Assembly (NCBI GenBank): GCA_965601925.1
Contig: OZ271854.1
Coordinates: forward strand, 4,352,001 to 4,416,000
Length of the DNA: 64,000 nucleotides
Source of the DNA: Alkalispirochaeta sp.
GTDB taxonomy: Bacteria > Spirochaetota > Spirochaetia > DSM-27196 > Alkalispirochaetaceae
Direction: 5' to 3'
Below the pieces are notes generated by a model, which did not search any database, was not told where the DNA came from, and saw only the letters and a program-made list of their open reading frames with translations. The position numbers and the translations under genes are program-made. Shown piece by piece: positions 28,761 through 38,146 of this stretch. Every line of letters begins with the position of its first letter. Position 1 is the stretch's first letter.

Positions 28761-30152
28761 TCAAATGTGAATCGCCCATCCCTCGGCGGCGCGAGCCCCT
28801 TCCATAACCGCCTCCGAGAGAGTCGGATGCGCGTGGATCATACTCGCGAGATCCTCGGGTAAGAGCTCGGCCTTCTTGGCGAGCAGTAACTCGTGGATGA
28901 GCTCGGTCGCGTTGTATCCGGCGACGTGAGCCCCCAGAATTTCCCGCGTATCCTTGCGAAATACGATCTTCACTACTCCGTCGCTCTTCTCGACCGCTAC
29001 CGATTTACCGGCGCCCCGATACGGGAAGATCGCCGTTTCGAAGTCGAGCCCCGCTTCGCGTGCACGCTTCTCGGTAAAGCCGAAGCTCCCGATCTCCGGC
29101 TCGCAGTAGACCGCCGAGGGAATCGTATCGGGATCAACGTGGGTCTCGGGATGGTGCCCCGCCATGTGTTCGACGGCGATCTCGCCCTCCTTACTCGCGA
29201 CGTGGGCGAGAAGCGGAGACGGTGTGACGTCACCGATAGCGTAGATGCCCTGCGTGCTCGTCTGATAGTAGTCTCCGAGGACGACGAACCCGCGGTCGGT
29301 CTTCACACCGACGTTCTCGAGACCCAACTCCTCGGTGTTGGGCGCGCGTCCGACGGCGACCAGGAGTAGATCGGCCTTGAGGGACTCTTCGGCTCCGTCG
29401 CTCTTCTCGACGACGAGGGTGACGCCGCGCCCCTTCGTGTCGACGCTTTTGGCCTTTGTTCCGGTCATGGTGGTGACGCCGTAGCGCTTAAACGCTTTCG
29501 CGATAACGTCGACCGCATCGGCATCTTCGATCGGAAGCAGTTGGTCGAGCATCTCAATGACGGTGACATCCACACCGAAGGAACTCATTACGTAGGCAAA
29601 CTCCATCCCGATTGCACCGGCGCCTAGAATGAGGAGCTTCTTCGGGAGTTTCGTGAGACTCAGCATGTCGCGGGACGAGAGAATCTTCTTCCCGTCGAAC
29701 TCGAAACCCGGTATCTCGCGGGGACGCGAACCGGTTGCGATCAGAATATTCTTAGCGGTTACCGTCTGCTTTTCGTCGATCGACACCTCGTGGGGGCCGG
29801 CGAAGCGCGCCGTTCCGTCGATATAGGCTATTTTGTTTTTCTTCAGCAGAGCCTGCACGCCCTTCGAGAGCTTGTTTGCCGCGTCACGCGACTTTTGGTG
29901 CACCTTACCGTAATCCAACCCGGCCGTGTCGACCGCTATGCCGATTTTGCGCATGTCGTCGGCGTAATGCGCGATCTCGGCCTGATGGATCAACGCCTTG
30001 GAAGGGATACATCCCCAGTTGAGGCACACCCCACCGGGCGCCTCTTTTTCTACGACCGCGGCGCTCATTCCCAGCTGGGAGGCGCGAATCGCGGCGACAT
30101 AGCCGCCCGGTCCCGCGCCGATCACCAGCAGATCATAATCGTAATTCGCCAC
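28761..30152 (-). CDS. lpdA: Dihydrolipoyl dehydrogenase (E3)
   Basis: GAGPGG, GGVCLNWGCIPSK, GAGAIGME, AIGD, HAHPTLSE. Confidence 0.97.
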   Translation of the reverse strand: MANYDYDLLVIGAGPGGYVAAIRASQLGMSAAVVEKEAPGGVCLNWGCIPSKALIHQAEIAHYADDMRKIGIAVDTAGLDYGKVHQKSRDAANKLSKGVQALLKKNKIAYIDGTARFAGPHEVSIDEKQTVTAKNILIATGSRPREIPGFEFDGKKILSSRDMLSLTKLPKKLLILGAGAIGMEFAYVMSSFGVDVTVIEMLDQLLPIEDADAVDVIAKAFKRYGVTTMTGTKAKSVDTKGRGVTLVVEKSDGAEESLKADLLLVAVGRAPNTEELGLENVGVKTDRGFVVLGDYYQTSTQGIYAIGDVTPSPLLAHVASKEGEIAVEHMAGHHPETHVDPDTIPSAVYCEPEIGSFGFTEKRAREAGLDFETAIFPYRGAGKSVAVEKSDGVVKIVFRKDTREILGAHVAGYNATELIHELLLAKKAELLPEDLASMIHAHPTLSEAVMEGARAAEGWAIHI

Positions 30153-30161
30153 ATAAACCTC

Positions 30162-31463
30162 CTAAAAAATCATCCGTACCGGCTGTTCCATCATCTGCTG
30201 TAGATCGTGGATGAACCGTCCGCCGGCTGCGCCGTCGATCACTCTGTGGTCGCACGAGAGCGTCATCTTCATGATGGTACCAACGCCGAGCGCGCCGTCG
30301 GGCTTTACGACCGGTGTCGCCTTACTCGCTCCTAAGGCCAGGATCGCCGAGCCGGGAGGATTGATGATCGCGGTGAACTCCTCCACCCCGAACGACCCGA
30401 GGTTGCTGATGGTGAAGGTCGCGCCGTTATACTCTTCCGGCTTAAGCTTCCCTTCTCCCGTCTTTCGAATGAGCTCCTGCAGATCGCCGTCGATATCGAC
30501 GATACCGCGGTTTCCACAGTCGCGCACTACGGGAATCATAAGCCCGTTCCCCAGATCGACGGCCAACCCGATGTCGATACTCCCGTACTGCACGATCTTG
30601 TCGTCCTGCCACGACGAGTTAACCACGGGATGACGCTTCAGCGCTTCGGCCGCAAACTTGATGAAAAAGGCGTTGAGGGAAACTTTCGTCGGCAGCGCTT
30701 CGTTCAACATCTTGCGAGCCGCAATGATGTTCGTCATTTCTACCGACGTCTTCACGTAGAAGTGGGGGGCGCTGAACTTACTCGCTACCACGCGGCGCGC
30801 AATGGCGACTCGTTTTCCCGCAACGGGAATGACCTCATCCTCACGTGCCGGCGACGAGACGAATGCCCCGGACGCGGGCGAAGCGGCGACCGCTGCGGAG
30901 GAGACGCCGCGGAAGCTTTCGATATCGCGCTTCACGATACGTCCCGCCGGGCCGCTCCCTTTTACCAGCGCGAGATTGATATTACGCTCCGCCGCTAACT
31001 TGACCGCCAAGGGGCTCGCCTTTACGTGAGTGCCGGTCGCTGTTTGGGCGACGCGCGCCGGCTCGCTCGGGGTACGGTCGGCGGCCGGCGCCTCTTCTCG
31101 CGGCGGCGCCTCGACGGCGGGGGGAGGCGTCTCCGGCGGCGCTTCCGGCGCCGGAACGGCAGCTGAGGATGGCCCACCCGAGCCCTCGTCCGCGATCTCT
31201 TTCTCGATCGCCGCAAGGTCTTCGCCCTTCTCGCCGAAAATCGCAATCGTCTGTCCGACTCTGGCGTTACCGCCTTCGCCGACGACGATCTTTACGATCG
31301 TGCCGTCTTGCGGCGATTCATAATCCATAGAGGCTTTATCGGTCTCGACCTCACACAGTACGTCGCCCGCGGAGACCTCGTCACCCTCTTTGACGTTCCA
31401 ACTGGTTATCGTGCCCTCCTCCATCGTGGGGGAGAGGGCGGTCATCGGTATCTTTTCAGCCAT
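30162..31463 (-). CDS. pdhC: Pyruvate dehydrogenase E2 dihydrolipoamide acetyltransferase
   Basis: Lipoyl domain ETDKA, Pro/Ala linker, E3-binding ASPLA..GSGP.GRI, catalytic DHRVIDG. Confidence 0.95.
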   Translation of the reverse strand: MAEKIPMTALSPTMEEGTITSWNVKEGDEVSAGDVLCEVETDKASMDYESPQDGTIVKIVVGEGGNARVGQTIAIFGEKGEDLAAIEKEIADEGSGGPSSAAVPAPEAPPETPPPAVEAPPREEAPAADRTPSEPARVAQTATGTHVKASPLAVKLAAERNINLALVKGSGPAGRIVKRDIESFRGVSSAAVAASPASGAFVSSPAREDEVIPVAGKRVAIARRVVASKFSAPHFYVKTSVEMTNIIAARKMLNEALPTKVSLNAFFIKFAAEALKRHPVVNSSWQDDKIVQYGSIDIGLAVDLGNGLMIPVVRDCGNRGIVDIDGDLQELIRKTGEGKLKPEEYNGATFTISNLGSFGVEEFTAIINPPGSAILALGASKATPVVKPDGALGVGTIMKMTLSCDHRVIDGAAGGRFIHDLQQMMEQPVRMIF

Positions 31464-31467
31464 CGTC

Positions 31468-32448
31468 CTACTCCTTGTAACTCACTCGCTTCGCGGCATG
31501 TACGATTTTTTCTACCGACGGCTGGATCGCCAACTCGAGGGTATGGTTATACGGCATGGGAACGTCTTCGCTGTGTACCAACTCCACGGGCGCATCGAGA
31601 TCGTCAAAACAGTTTTTGCTGATCAACCACGCCACGTGAGAACCGACACTGGCGATCGGCCACGCCTCGTCGACGACGACGGCACGATTGGTTTTGCGCA
31701 CACTGGCGTAGATCGTCTCCTCGTCGATCGGACGCAAGGACCGCAGATCGACGATTTCGGCGTCCAAGCCGATGTCGGCGAGTCGGTCCGCCGCCTCCTC
31801 GACCATGCGCAAAGGCTTGCCGAAACCGATCAAGGAGACATCTTTTCCGGTTCGTTTCACGTCGGCCTTCCCGATCGGAACGAGATACTCCTCCTCGGGC
31901 ACCTCGCCGGTCCAGGCGTACGCGAGTTCGCTCTCGAGAAAGACGACGGGGTTGTCGTCGCGAATCGCCGACTTCAACAGCCCCTTGGCGTCGTACGGCG
32001 TGTACGGTGCAACGACCTTGAGGCCGGGAATGTGTGCAAAGTAGCTCTGGAGCGCCTGAGAGTGCTGGCTCGAAAGATACTCCGCCGGGCCGTTGGGTCC
32101 TCTAAAGACGATCGGCACATTCAATTGTCCGCCGGACATGTGCCTCATTTTGGCGGCGTTGTTGACGACCTGGTCGAGGGCCAACAGCGCAAAGTTAAAG
32201 GTCATCCACTCGACGATCGGCCGCAGACCGACCGACGCTGCGCCGACGGCCAAGCCGGTAAATCCGAGCTCCGCGATCGGCGTATCGAGTATACGCTTCG
32301 GACCGTACTTATCCAGGAGCCCTTTGCTAACCTTGTAGGCTCCGTTGTACTCGCCGACCTCCTCGCCGAGAAGAAAAACCTTCTCGTCTCGAGCCATCTC
32401 CTCGTCCATCGCCTGACGAAGGGCGTCACGCATTTGAATCTCTGGCAT
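31468..32448 (-). CDS. pdhB: Pyruvate dehydrogenase E1 beta
   Basis: GEEVGEYNGAYK, DTPIAE, MTFNFA, RGPNG, QHSQ, LRSLRP. ATG 32448 after SD AGGAGAGG. Confidence 0.95.
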   Translation of the reverse strand: MPEIQMRDALRQAMDEEMARDEKVFLLGEEVGEYNGAYKVSKGLLDKYGPKRILDTPIAELGFTGLAVGAASVGLRPIVEWMTFNFALLALDQVVNNAAKMRHMSGGQLNVPIVFRGPNGPAEYLSSQHSQALQSYFAHIPGLKVVAPYTPYDAKGLLKSAIRDDNPVVFLESELAYAWTGEVPEEEYLVPIGKADVKRTGKDVSLIGFGKPLRMVEEAADRLADIGLDAEIVDLRSLRPIDEETIYASVRKTNRAVVVDEAWPIASVGSHVAWLISKNCFDDLDAPVELVHSEDVPMPYNHTLELAIQPSVEKIVHAAKRVSYKE

Positions 32449-32473
32449 CTTACCTCTCCTATCGTCCAGGGCC

Positions 32474-33448
32474 TCAGGCCAGGATATCCTCGTACATCGT
32501 GTGGAGCGCCGGCTCTTCACTCTTCTCGGCGAAGTCGACCGCCTCTTTGACCTGTTGCTTGACCTCTTCGTCGAGCGCCTTGAAGTCCTCTTCACTCATC
32601 ATCTTCGCCTCGATCATCTGACTTTTGAGCTGTACGATCGGATCCTGTTTTTTGTACTGCTCCAATTCGTCCTTGGTCCGATACTTTCCGGGATCACTGA
32701 TCGAATGGCCCTTGTAGCGGTAGGTTTTGAGGTCGACGAGGCACGCAGTGCCCGTCTCGCGTGTCTTTGCGATGATCTCGCCGAGACGCTCGTACACTTC
32801 GATGAAGTCCATTCCGCTTATCTCGTACCCCGGTAGATCGTATCCCGCAGCCTTTACGGCGAAATCCTCGACACCGGAGATGCGGTGCACCGCGGTTCCC
32901 ATACCGAAATGGTTGTTCTCCACGATGTAGACGACCGGCAGGTTCCAGATCTTGGCCAGGTTGAGACTCTCGTGAAAGGCTCCCTGGTGGATCGCTCCGT
33001 CGCCGAAAAAACAGAGCGTCACCCCGCCGTCCTCGTCGTACATCTGCTTGAAGGCGACCCCCGTCGCGATCGGTATCTGCGCGCCGACGATTCCGTTGCC
33101 CCCGAGAAAGTGGCGTTCGGCGTCGAACATGTGCATCGACCCACCCTTGCCGCGCACGCATCCGGTGATCTTACCGAAGAGTTCCGCCATGAGGCTCTTC
33201 GGGTCCATACCCACGGCGATGGCGTGGCCGTGATCGCGGTAGGAGGTCAACATGTAGTCCTTCGCCAGATCGATCGCGGCGACCGCGCCGACCGCCACCG
33301 CCTCCTGTCCGTTGTAGAGGTGCAGAAACCCTCCGATTTTACGGAGACCGTACATCTGGGCCGCCCGCTCCTCAAACCGACGAATCAGCAGCATGTCGCG
33401 CAACGCCGGCTTGAGAAACTCCGGCTCGTATTTGCTTACATCACTCAT
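32474..33448 (-). CDS. pdhA: Pyruvate dehydrogenase E1 alpha
   Basis: GFLHLYNGQEA, YRDH, GKGGSMH, FGDGA..N, YRYKGHSISDP. Confidence 0.96.
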   Translation of the reverse strand: MSDVSKYEPEFLKPALRDMLLIRRFEERAAQMYGLRKIGGFLHLYNGQEAVAVGAVAAIDLAKDYMLTSYRDHGHAIAVGMDPKSLMAELFGKITGCVRGKGGSMHMFDAERHFLGGNGIVGAQIPIATGVAFKQMYDEDGGVTLCFFGDGAIHQGAFHESLNLAKIWNLPVVYIVENNHFGMGTAVHRISGVEDFAVKAAGYDLPGYEISGMDFIEVYERLGEIIAKTRETGTACLVDLKTYRYKGHSISDPGKYRTKDELEQYKKQDPIVQLKSQMIEAKMMSEEDFKALDEEVKQQVKEAVDFAEKSEEPALHTMYEDILA

Positions 33449-33487
33449 ATTGCTTTTATTCTCCTTGAATGTTGAAGCGAACGCGTC

Positions 33488-33925
33488 TCAAGCCGTGGCG
33501 TGTGAACGTTCGCCTTTCATAGGCTGGAAATACTGAACGGCCTCGACGATCGTCTCGATGACTACCAGTTCGGTCTCGCCGGCGTTGACGGTCCAAAAGG
33601 TCGTCAGGTTGTGTCCCAACGCCTCCAGGACGTCCGATGTGAGCGAAGGGTTATCGACTACGTGCGCTGAACCGTGCACGTGGACGATCTCGTCGAGCGC
33701 CTTCGATTGGATCAACCACGATACCCGAGCGTGCGAATTGATCTGCTTGACTTTTTCAAAATCGGGCGATGTGACGGCGTACAGGCTCCCCCGGGGGCCG
33801 CGCAGAACGGTGGGGACCATCCAGCGGCTGTGGGGTCGTCCCTCGCCGTCGACGGTCGTCAGGATCGCGGCGTGGGAGCTATCCAGAATGCGTTCCATCA
33901 CATCCAGAAGTGTATTAAGGTCCAT
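33488..33925 (-). CDS. Pyridoxamine 5'-phosphate oxidase-like FMN-binding split-barrel protein
   Basis: LTTVDGEGRPHSRWM, TS....KVKQI....VS. SD GGAGGAGG before ATG 33925. First gene of the PDH operon. Confidence 0.8.
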   Translation of the reverse strand: MDLNTLLDVMERILDSSHAAILTTVDGEGRPHSRWMVPTVLRGPRGSLYAVTSPDFEKVKQINSHARVSWLIQSKALDEIVHVHGSAHVVDNPSLTSDVLEALGHNLTTFWTVNAGETELVVIETIVEAVQYFQPMKGERSHATA

Positions 33926-34078
33926 CAATTCCTCCTCCGGGTCCACTGCAACGAGTTATACTTTTACGCGTTCCCGGCTAATGTAATAAATGAGTCGGAC
34001 TTTGGGTAACCCTCGCCGATTACCCCTACCAACACACTGAATTGTTGACTAAAATGACTGTACTTTAAAGACCCCTGT

Positions 34079-34087
34079 TGCTATACT
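34079..34087 (+). promoter_or_regulatory. Extended -10 promoter of the Nqr-like operon
   Basis: TGcTATACT in an AT-rich divergent intergenic region. Confidence 0.55.
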
Positions 34088-34155
34088 TCACCGAAGAGAT
34101 AAATATGTATCTATAAAAAGGCTTAGATTTGTTCCGGGAAAAAGAAGGAGGGCTT

Positions 34156-35193
34156 GTGTTCCAGAAGCAGGACATTATGAGGCGGGTCATGTACTCGCTC
34201 GCTCCCATGTTTCTGTTTGCGATATTTCTGTACGGTTGGCGTATCATCGTAACCACGGCGTTCGTGTTTGCGTTCGGAATCGTCACCGAGTACATCTTTG
34301 AAAAGAGTCGTAAAAAGAAGGTCAGCGAAGCGGTGCTCGTAACGTGTGCACTCTATTCGCTGTCGCTACCGCCGGTCACACCGATCTGGATCGCCGTAGT
34401 CGGCATCGTCTTTGCGGTCGCAATCGCGAAAGAGGTCTTCGGCGGGTTCGGCCGCAACGTCTTCAATCCGGCGATAACGGGCCGTCTATTTATTTACATC
34501 ACGTTTCCGACCGTCCTTACGACGGCGTGGATGGTACCGGCACTGACCGATGTCGCCGGCGCAGCGGGGTTGACCGGCGCGTTCGGTACCTCGGGAGTGA
34601 CTCACGTCGACGCGATCTCCGCCGCGACACCGCTGGCGTTGATGCGTTCCGGCGAGATGCCCAACTTGTGGAACCTCTTTCTCGGATTCCGATCGGGATC
34701 GATGGGTGAAAGCAGCATCGTCCTAATCCTCGCCGCCGCGGTATATCTCATCTATACCAAGACGGCGAACTGGAAGTTGATCCTCTCGACCTTTTTGAGC
34801 GCGCTCTTTTTTACGGTGTTGTTTTACTTTGCCGACTGGATTCCCGGCGTCAGCCCCGCAAACTTCAACGGTACGAGTCACCTCATACCGATTGCCGCCT
34901 ACATGATGAGCGGCAGTATCATGTACGTCGCGGTGTTCATGGCTACCGACCCGGTCTCGGGCCCCAATAAACCCGGGGCGCAGTGGGCCTACGGCATCCT
35001 TATCGGCGGCGTATCTATGGCCGTTCGTACGTTCAGCGGCTTTCCCGAAGGCACCAGCTTCGGCATCATGATCGGAAACACCTTCAGCGCCCTTCTTGAT
35101 GAGATCTTTCCCAAGAAGAAGAAAAAGAAGAAGACGATCAAGAAACCGGTGAAGCCGGCGACCGAGAAACCGGCACAGGAGGTATCGGCATGA
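34156..35193 (+). CDS. NqrB/RnfD-family membrane subunit (short form)
   Basis: KEVFGGFGRNVFNPA, FMN site DAISAATPL, GSMGES, FMATDP. GTG start after SD AAGGAGG. Confidence 0.9.
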   Translation: MFQKQDIMRRVMYSLAPMFLFAIFLYGWRIIVTTAFVFAFGIVTEYIFEKSRKKKVSEAVLVTCALYSLSLPPVTPIWIAVVGIVFAVAIAKEVFGGFGRNVFNPAITGRLFIYITFPTVLTTAWMVPALTDVAGAAGLTGAFGTSGVTHVDAISAATPLALMRSGEMPNLWNLFLGFRSGSMGESSIVLILAAAVYLIYTKTANWKLILSTFLSALFFTVLFYFADWIPGVSPANFNGTSHLIPIAAYMMSGSIMYVAVFMATDPVSGPNKPGAQWAYGILIGGVSMAVRTFSGFPEGTSFGIMIGNTFSALLDEIFPKKKKKKKTIKKPVKPATEKPAQEVSA

Positions 35194-35795
35194 ACAAGCA
35201 AAGCTTGATATATACCGTCATATTCACCTTCGTCGTTTCATTCATCTTCGTAGCGGTGCTCGCCGTCGCAAATGAGGGCACGAGTGACCAGGTCGACCTC
35301 AATCAACAGCTCAGTCGCCAACAGGCGGTTCTCAACGCCATCGGCATTCCCTATGCCGGACCCGACGAGGTCCAACAGCGGTTCGCCGCCGTCCAAGAGA
35401 TAGATCGAGACGGTACCACGCTCTACCGCACCGAGATCGACGGCGAGGTCGTCTTTGCGAAGGAGTTTTCCGGGAGCGGTCTGTGGGGCATGATCACCGG
35501 TGTACTGGCCGTCACCGAGGACCTCGATCGGACCGTCGGCATGGAAATCATCACCCATAACGAAACACCCGGTCTCGGCGGCCGTATCGACGAGGATTGG
35601 TTTAAGGCGCAACTCCGTGACGAGCGTATCGTCGACGGCGGTATCACCGTCTCGAGCGCCGGCGACGGCGATACCGATATGAATAACGGTGCGATCGACG
35701 CGGTGACCGGCGCCTCGCGCACCAGCGACTCCATGCAGGTCATCTTCGACACCGAACTCTCGGCATTCGCGTCGCTTTTGGGGGGTACCGAATGA
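35190..35795 (+). CDS. NqrC/RnfG-family FMN-binding subunit
   Basis: N-terminal TM, GLWG.I, HNETPGLG, flavinylation motif DAVTGAS. Confidence 0.88.
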   Translation: MNKQSLIYTVIFTFVVSFIFVAVLAVANEGTSDQVDLNQQLSRQQAVLNAIGIPYAGPDEVQQRFAAVQEIDRDGTTLYRTEIDGEVVFAKEFSGSGLWGMITGVLAVTEDLDRTVGMEIITHNETPGLGGRIDEDWFKAQLRDERIVDGGITVSSAGDGDTDMNNGAIDAVTGASRTSDSMQVIFDTELSAFASLLGGTE

Positions 35796-36397
35796 GCAGT
35801 CCCGGACAGATTCTCAAAGAGAACCTTTGGTCCAACAATCCGATATTCATGCAGGTACTCGGTATCTGCTCCGCGTTGGCGGTTACAAACCTGTTGACCA
35901 ACACGATGATTATGACTCTCGGCGTTACCTTCGTCACGGCGATGTCGAGTTTTACGGTCTCGGTTATCAAGAGCCTGATACCGCGCAAGGTGCGTATGAT
36001 CGTACAGACGCTCGTCATCGCCTTCTACGTCATTATCGTAGATATCTTGCTGCGGGCGTATCTGCCCGATATCAGCCGCTCCCTGGGTCCTTACGTGGGT
36101 CTCATCATCACCAACTGTATCATCATGGGACGCGCCGAGGCGTTTGCACAAAGTAACCCGCCGCTCATCTCGGCGTGGGACGGCGCGACCAGCGGATTCG
36201 GCTACATGGCGGTACTCCTGACGATCGCGTTCTTTCGGGAGTTACTCGGCTTCGGCACCCTCTTCGGCGTTCAGGTACTTCCCGATTCGTTCGTACCGTG
36301 GACGATCATGGTTACCGCGCCGAGCGCCTTCTTCTTTCTCGGAATCATCATTTGGGTCGGTAAGAGCATCATGAATCGCGAAGGAGCACCGGCATGA
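35792..36397 (+). CDS. NqrD/RnfE-family membrane subunit
   Basis: NNPI..QVLGICSALAVT, GLIITNCIIMGRAEAFA, RELLG.G. Confidence 0.92.
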   Translation: MSSPGQILKENLWSNNPIFMQVLGICSALAVTNLLTNTMIMTLGVTFVTAMSSFTVSVIKSLIPRKVRMIVQTLVIAFYVIIVDILLRAYLPDISRSLGPYVGLIITNCIIMGRAEAFAQSNPPLISAWDGATSGFGYMAVLLTIAFFRELLGFGTLFGVQVLPDSFVPWTIMVTAPSAFFFLGIIIWVGKSIMNREGAPA

Positions 36398-36993
36398 GCG
36401 CGGCACCGTTGATCAGCCCCTTTTCCCTGTTTTTCGCCTCGATCTTCACGAGTAACATTCTGCTCGCGAACTTCCTCGGCATGTGTTCGTTCATATCGAT
36501 CTCCAAGGATATGAAGTCGTCCAACGGCCTCGGCATGGCGGTTACGGTCGTTCTCACGCTGACTACCGCCCTCAACTGGGTCATTCTCAACTACGTGCTT
36601 ATCCCGTTGGGCGTCGAGTACTTGCGGTTCATCGTCTTCATTATATCGATTGCGGCCGTCGTACAGATGTTGGAGATGATCATCGACCGCGTTTCTCAAT
36701 CGCTCTACATGAGTCTGGGAATTTTCCTGCCCCTCATCACGGTAAACTGCGCGATTCTCGGTGTGTCGCTTTTTATGGAGATCCGAGATTACACCTTCAT
36801 TCAGTCGATAGTGTACGGCCTCGGCTCCGGCCTCGGATGGTGGCTCGCGATTATGGCCCTGTCGGCAATCAGGAAGAAGACCGATAAATCGCCGGTCCCC
36901 GCCGGTCTCAAGGGCCCCGGTATCACGGTGATTACGATCGGTCTGATGGCGATGGCGTTCATCGGGTTCTCCGGGATGCTGTCGGTACAGTAA
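36394..36993 (+). CDS. NqrE/RnfA-family membrane subunit
   Basis: FLGMCSF, FLPLITVNCAILG, GSGLGW, MAFIGFSG. Confidence 0.92.
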   Translation: MSAAPLISPFSLFFASIFTSNILLANFLGMCSFISISKDMKSSNGLGMAVTVVLTLTTALNWVILNYVLIPLGVEYLRFIVFIISIAAVVQMLEMIIDRVSQSLYMSLGIFLPLITVNCAILGVSLFMEIRDYTFIQSIVYGLGSGLGWWLAIMALSAIRKKTDKSPVPAGLKGPGITVITIGLMAMAFIGFSGMLSVQ

Positions 36994-37006
36994 GGAGTTG
37001 CAGACT

Positions 37007-38131
37007 ATGGACTTGATTTTCTTTATTGCGCCGGCGGCCATCGGCGGCATCTCCGCCGGACTGGCCGCGCTGATTTCGATCACCGATAAGATCGTCAATA
37101 ACTACGGCGACATTAAGATCGATATCAACGACGGAAAGAAGGAGTTGATCGTTAAAGGCGGCCAGCCTATGCTCTTCGGTCTTTCCGGTGAAAGCATCTT
37201 CATTCCCTCGGCGTGCGGCGGTCGCGGGAGCTGCGGCGCCTGTAAAGTAAAGGTCAAAAACGATATCGGACCGGTCATGCCGACGGAGATCCCCTATCTC
37301 ACGAAGGAAGAGCTTGCCGACGACATCCGTTTGTCGTGTCAAATCAAACTCAAGCAGGACGTTGAGATAGAAATTCCCGAGGAGCTGTTCAACGTTCAGG
37401 AGTACGAGACGACGATCGAACGAATCGTAGACGTCACCCACGACATCAAAGAGGTCTACTGCAAGCTGCCGGAGGGCAAAGAGGTCACCTTCGTCTCCGG
37501 TCAATATGGACAGTTCGAGGTGCCGTCGTACGACAAAATCAAAGAGCCGACGATGCGCGCCTACTCCATGTCATCGGCGCCGAGCGACACGAAGCACTTG
37601 GAGTTCCTCATCCGTCTCGTTCCCGGCGGAATCGTGACCAGCTACGTGCACACCTATCTTAAAGAGGGACAAAAGATCAGAGTCGTCGGCCCCTTCGGCG
37701 ATTTCCAAGTTAGAGACACCCCGGCGGCGATGATCTGTGTAGCCGGCGGTTCCGGTATGGCGCCGTTCAAGAGTATCTTTCAGGACATGTTGGACAAGGG
37801 CACCTTGGACGACCGCGACATCTGGTACTTTTTCGGCGCCAGAACCAAGAAGGATGTGTTCTATCTCGATTGGCTTTATAAACTCGATGCCGAGCACGAA
37901 CGCTTCCACTTCATCCCCGCTCTGAGCGAACCACAACCGGAGGACAACTGGGACGGTCCGACGGGACTCATTACCGAGGTCCTCGACGGGTATCTCAAAA
38001 ACGAGATCCCGACCGATAAGGACAAAGAGGGGTATCTGTGCGGGAGCCCGGGTATGTTGGACGCGTGTATGGTCGTCATGGCCGATAATGATATGAAGTC
38101 GGAGGATATTTTCTTCGACAAGTTCGCGTAA
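37007..38131 (+). CDS. NqrF-like membrane-anchored [2Fe-2S]/FAD/NAD(H) oxidoreductase
   Basis: N-terminal TM, SACGGRGSCGAC..RLSCQ, RAYSM, GPFG, GGSGMAP, FFGAR, YLCGSPGM, FDKF. Confidence 0.92.
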   Translation: MDLIFFIAPAAIGGISAGLAALISITDKIVNNYGDIKIDINDGKKELIVKGGQPMLFGLSGESIFIPSACGGRGSCGACKVKVKNDIGPVMPTEIPYLTKEELADDIRLSCQIKLKQDVEIEIPEELFNVQEYETTIERIVDVTHDIKEVYCKLPEGKEVTFVSGQYGQFEVPSYDKIKEPTMRAYSMSSAPSDTKHLEFLIRLVPGGIVTSYVHTYLKEGQKIRVVGPFGDFQVRDTPAAMICVAGGSGMAPFKSIFQDMLDKGTLDDRDIWYFFGARTKKDVFYLDWLYKLDAEHERFHFIPALSEPQPEDNWDGPTGLITEVLDGYLKNEIPTDKDKEGYLCGSPGMLDACMVVMADNDMKSEDIFFDKFA

Positions 38132-38146
38132 GGTGAGGATACAGTC

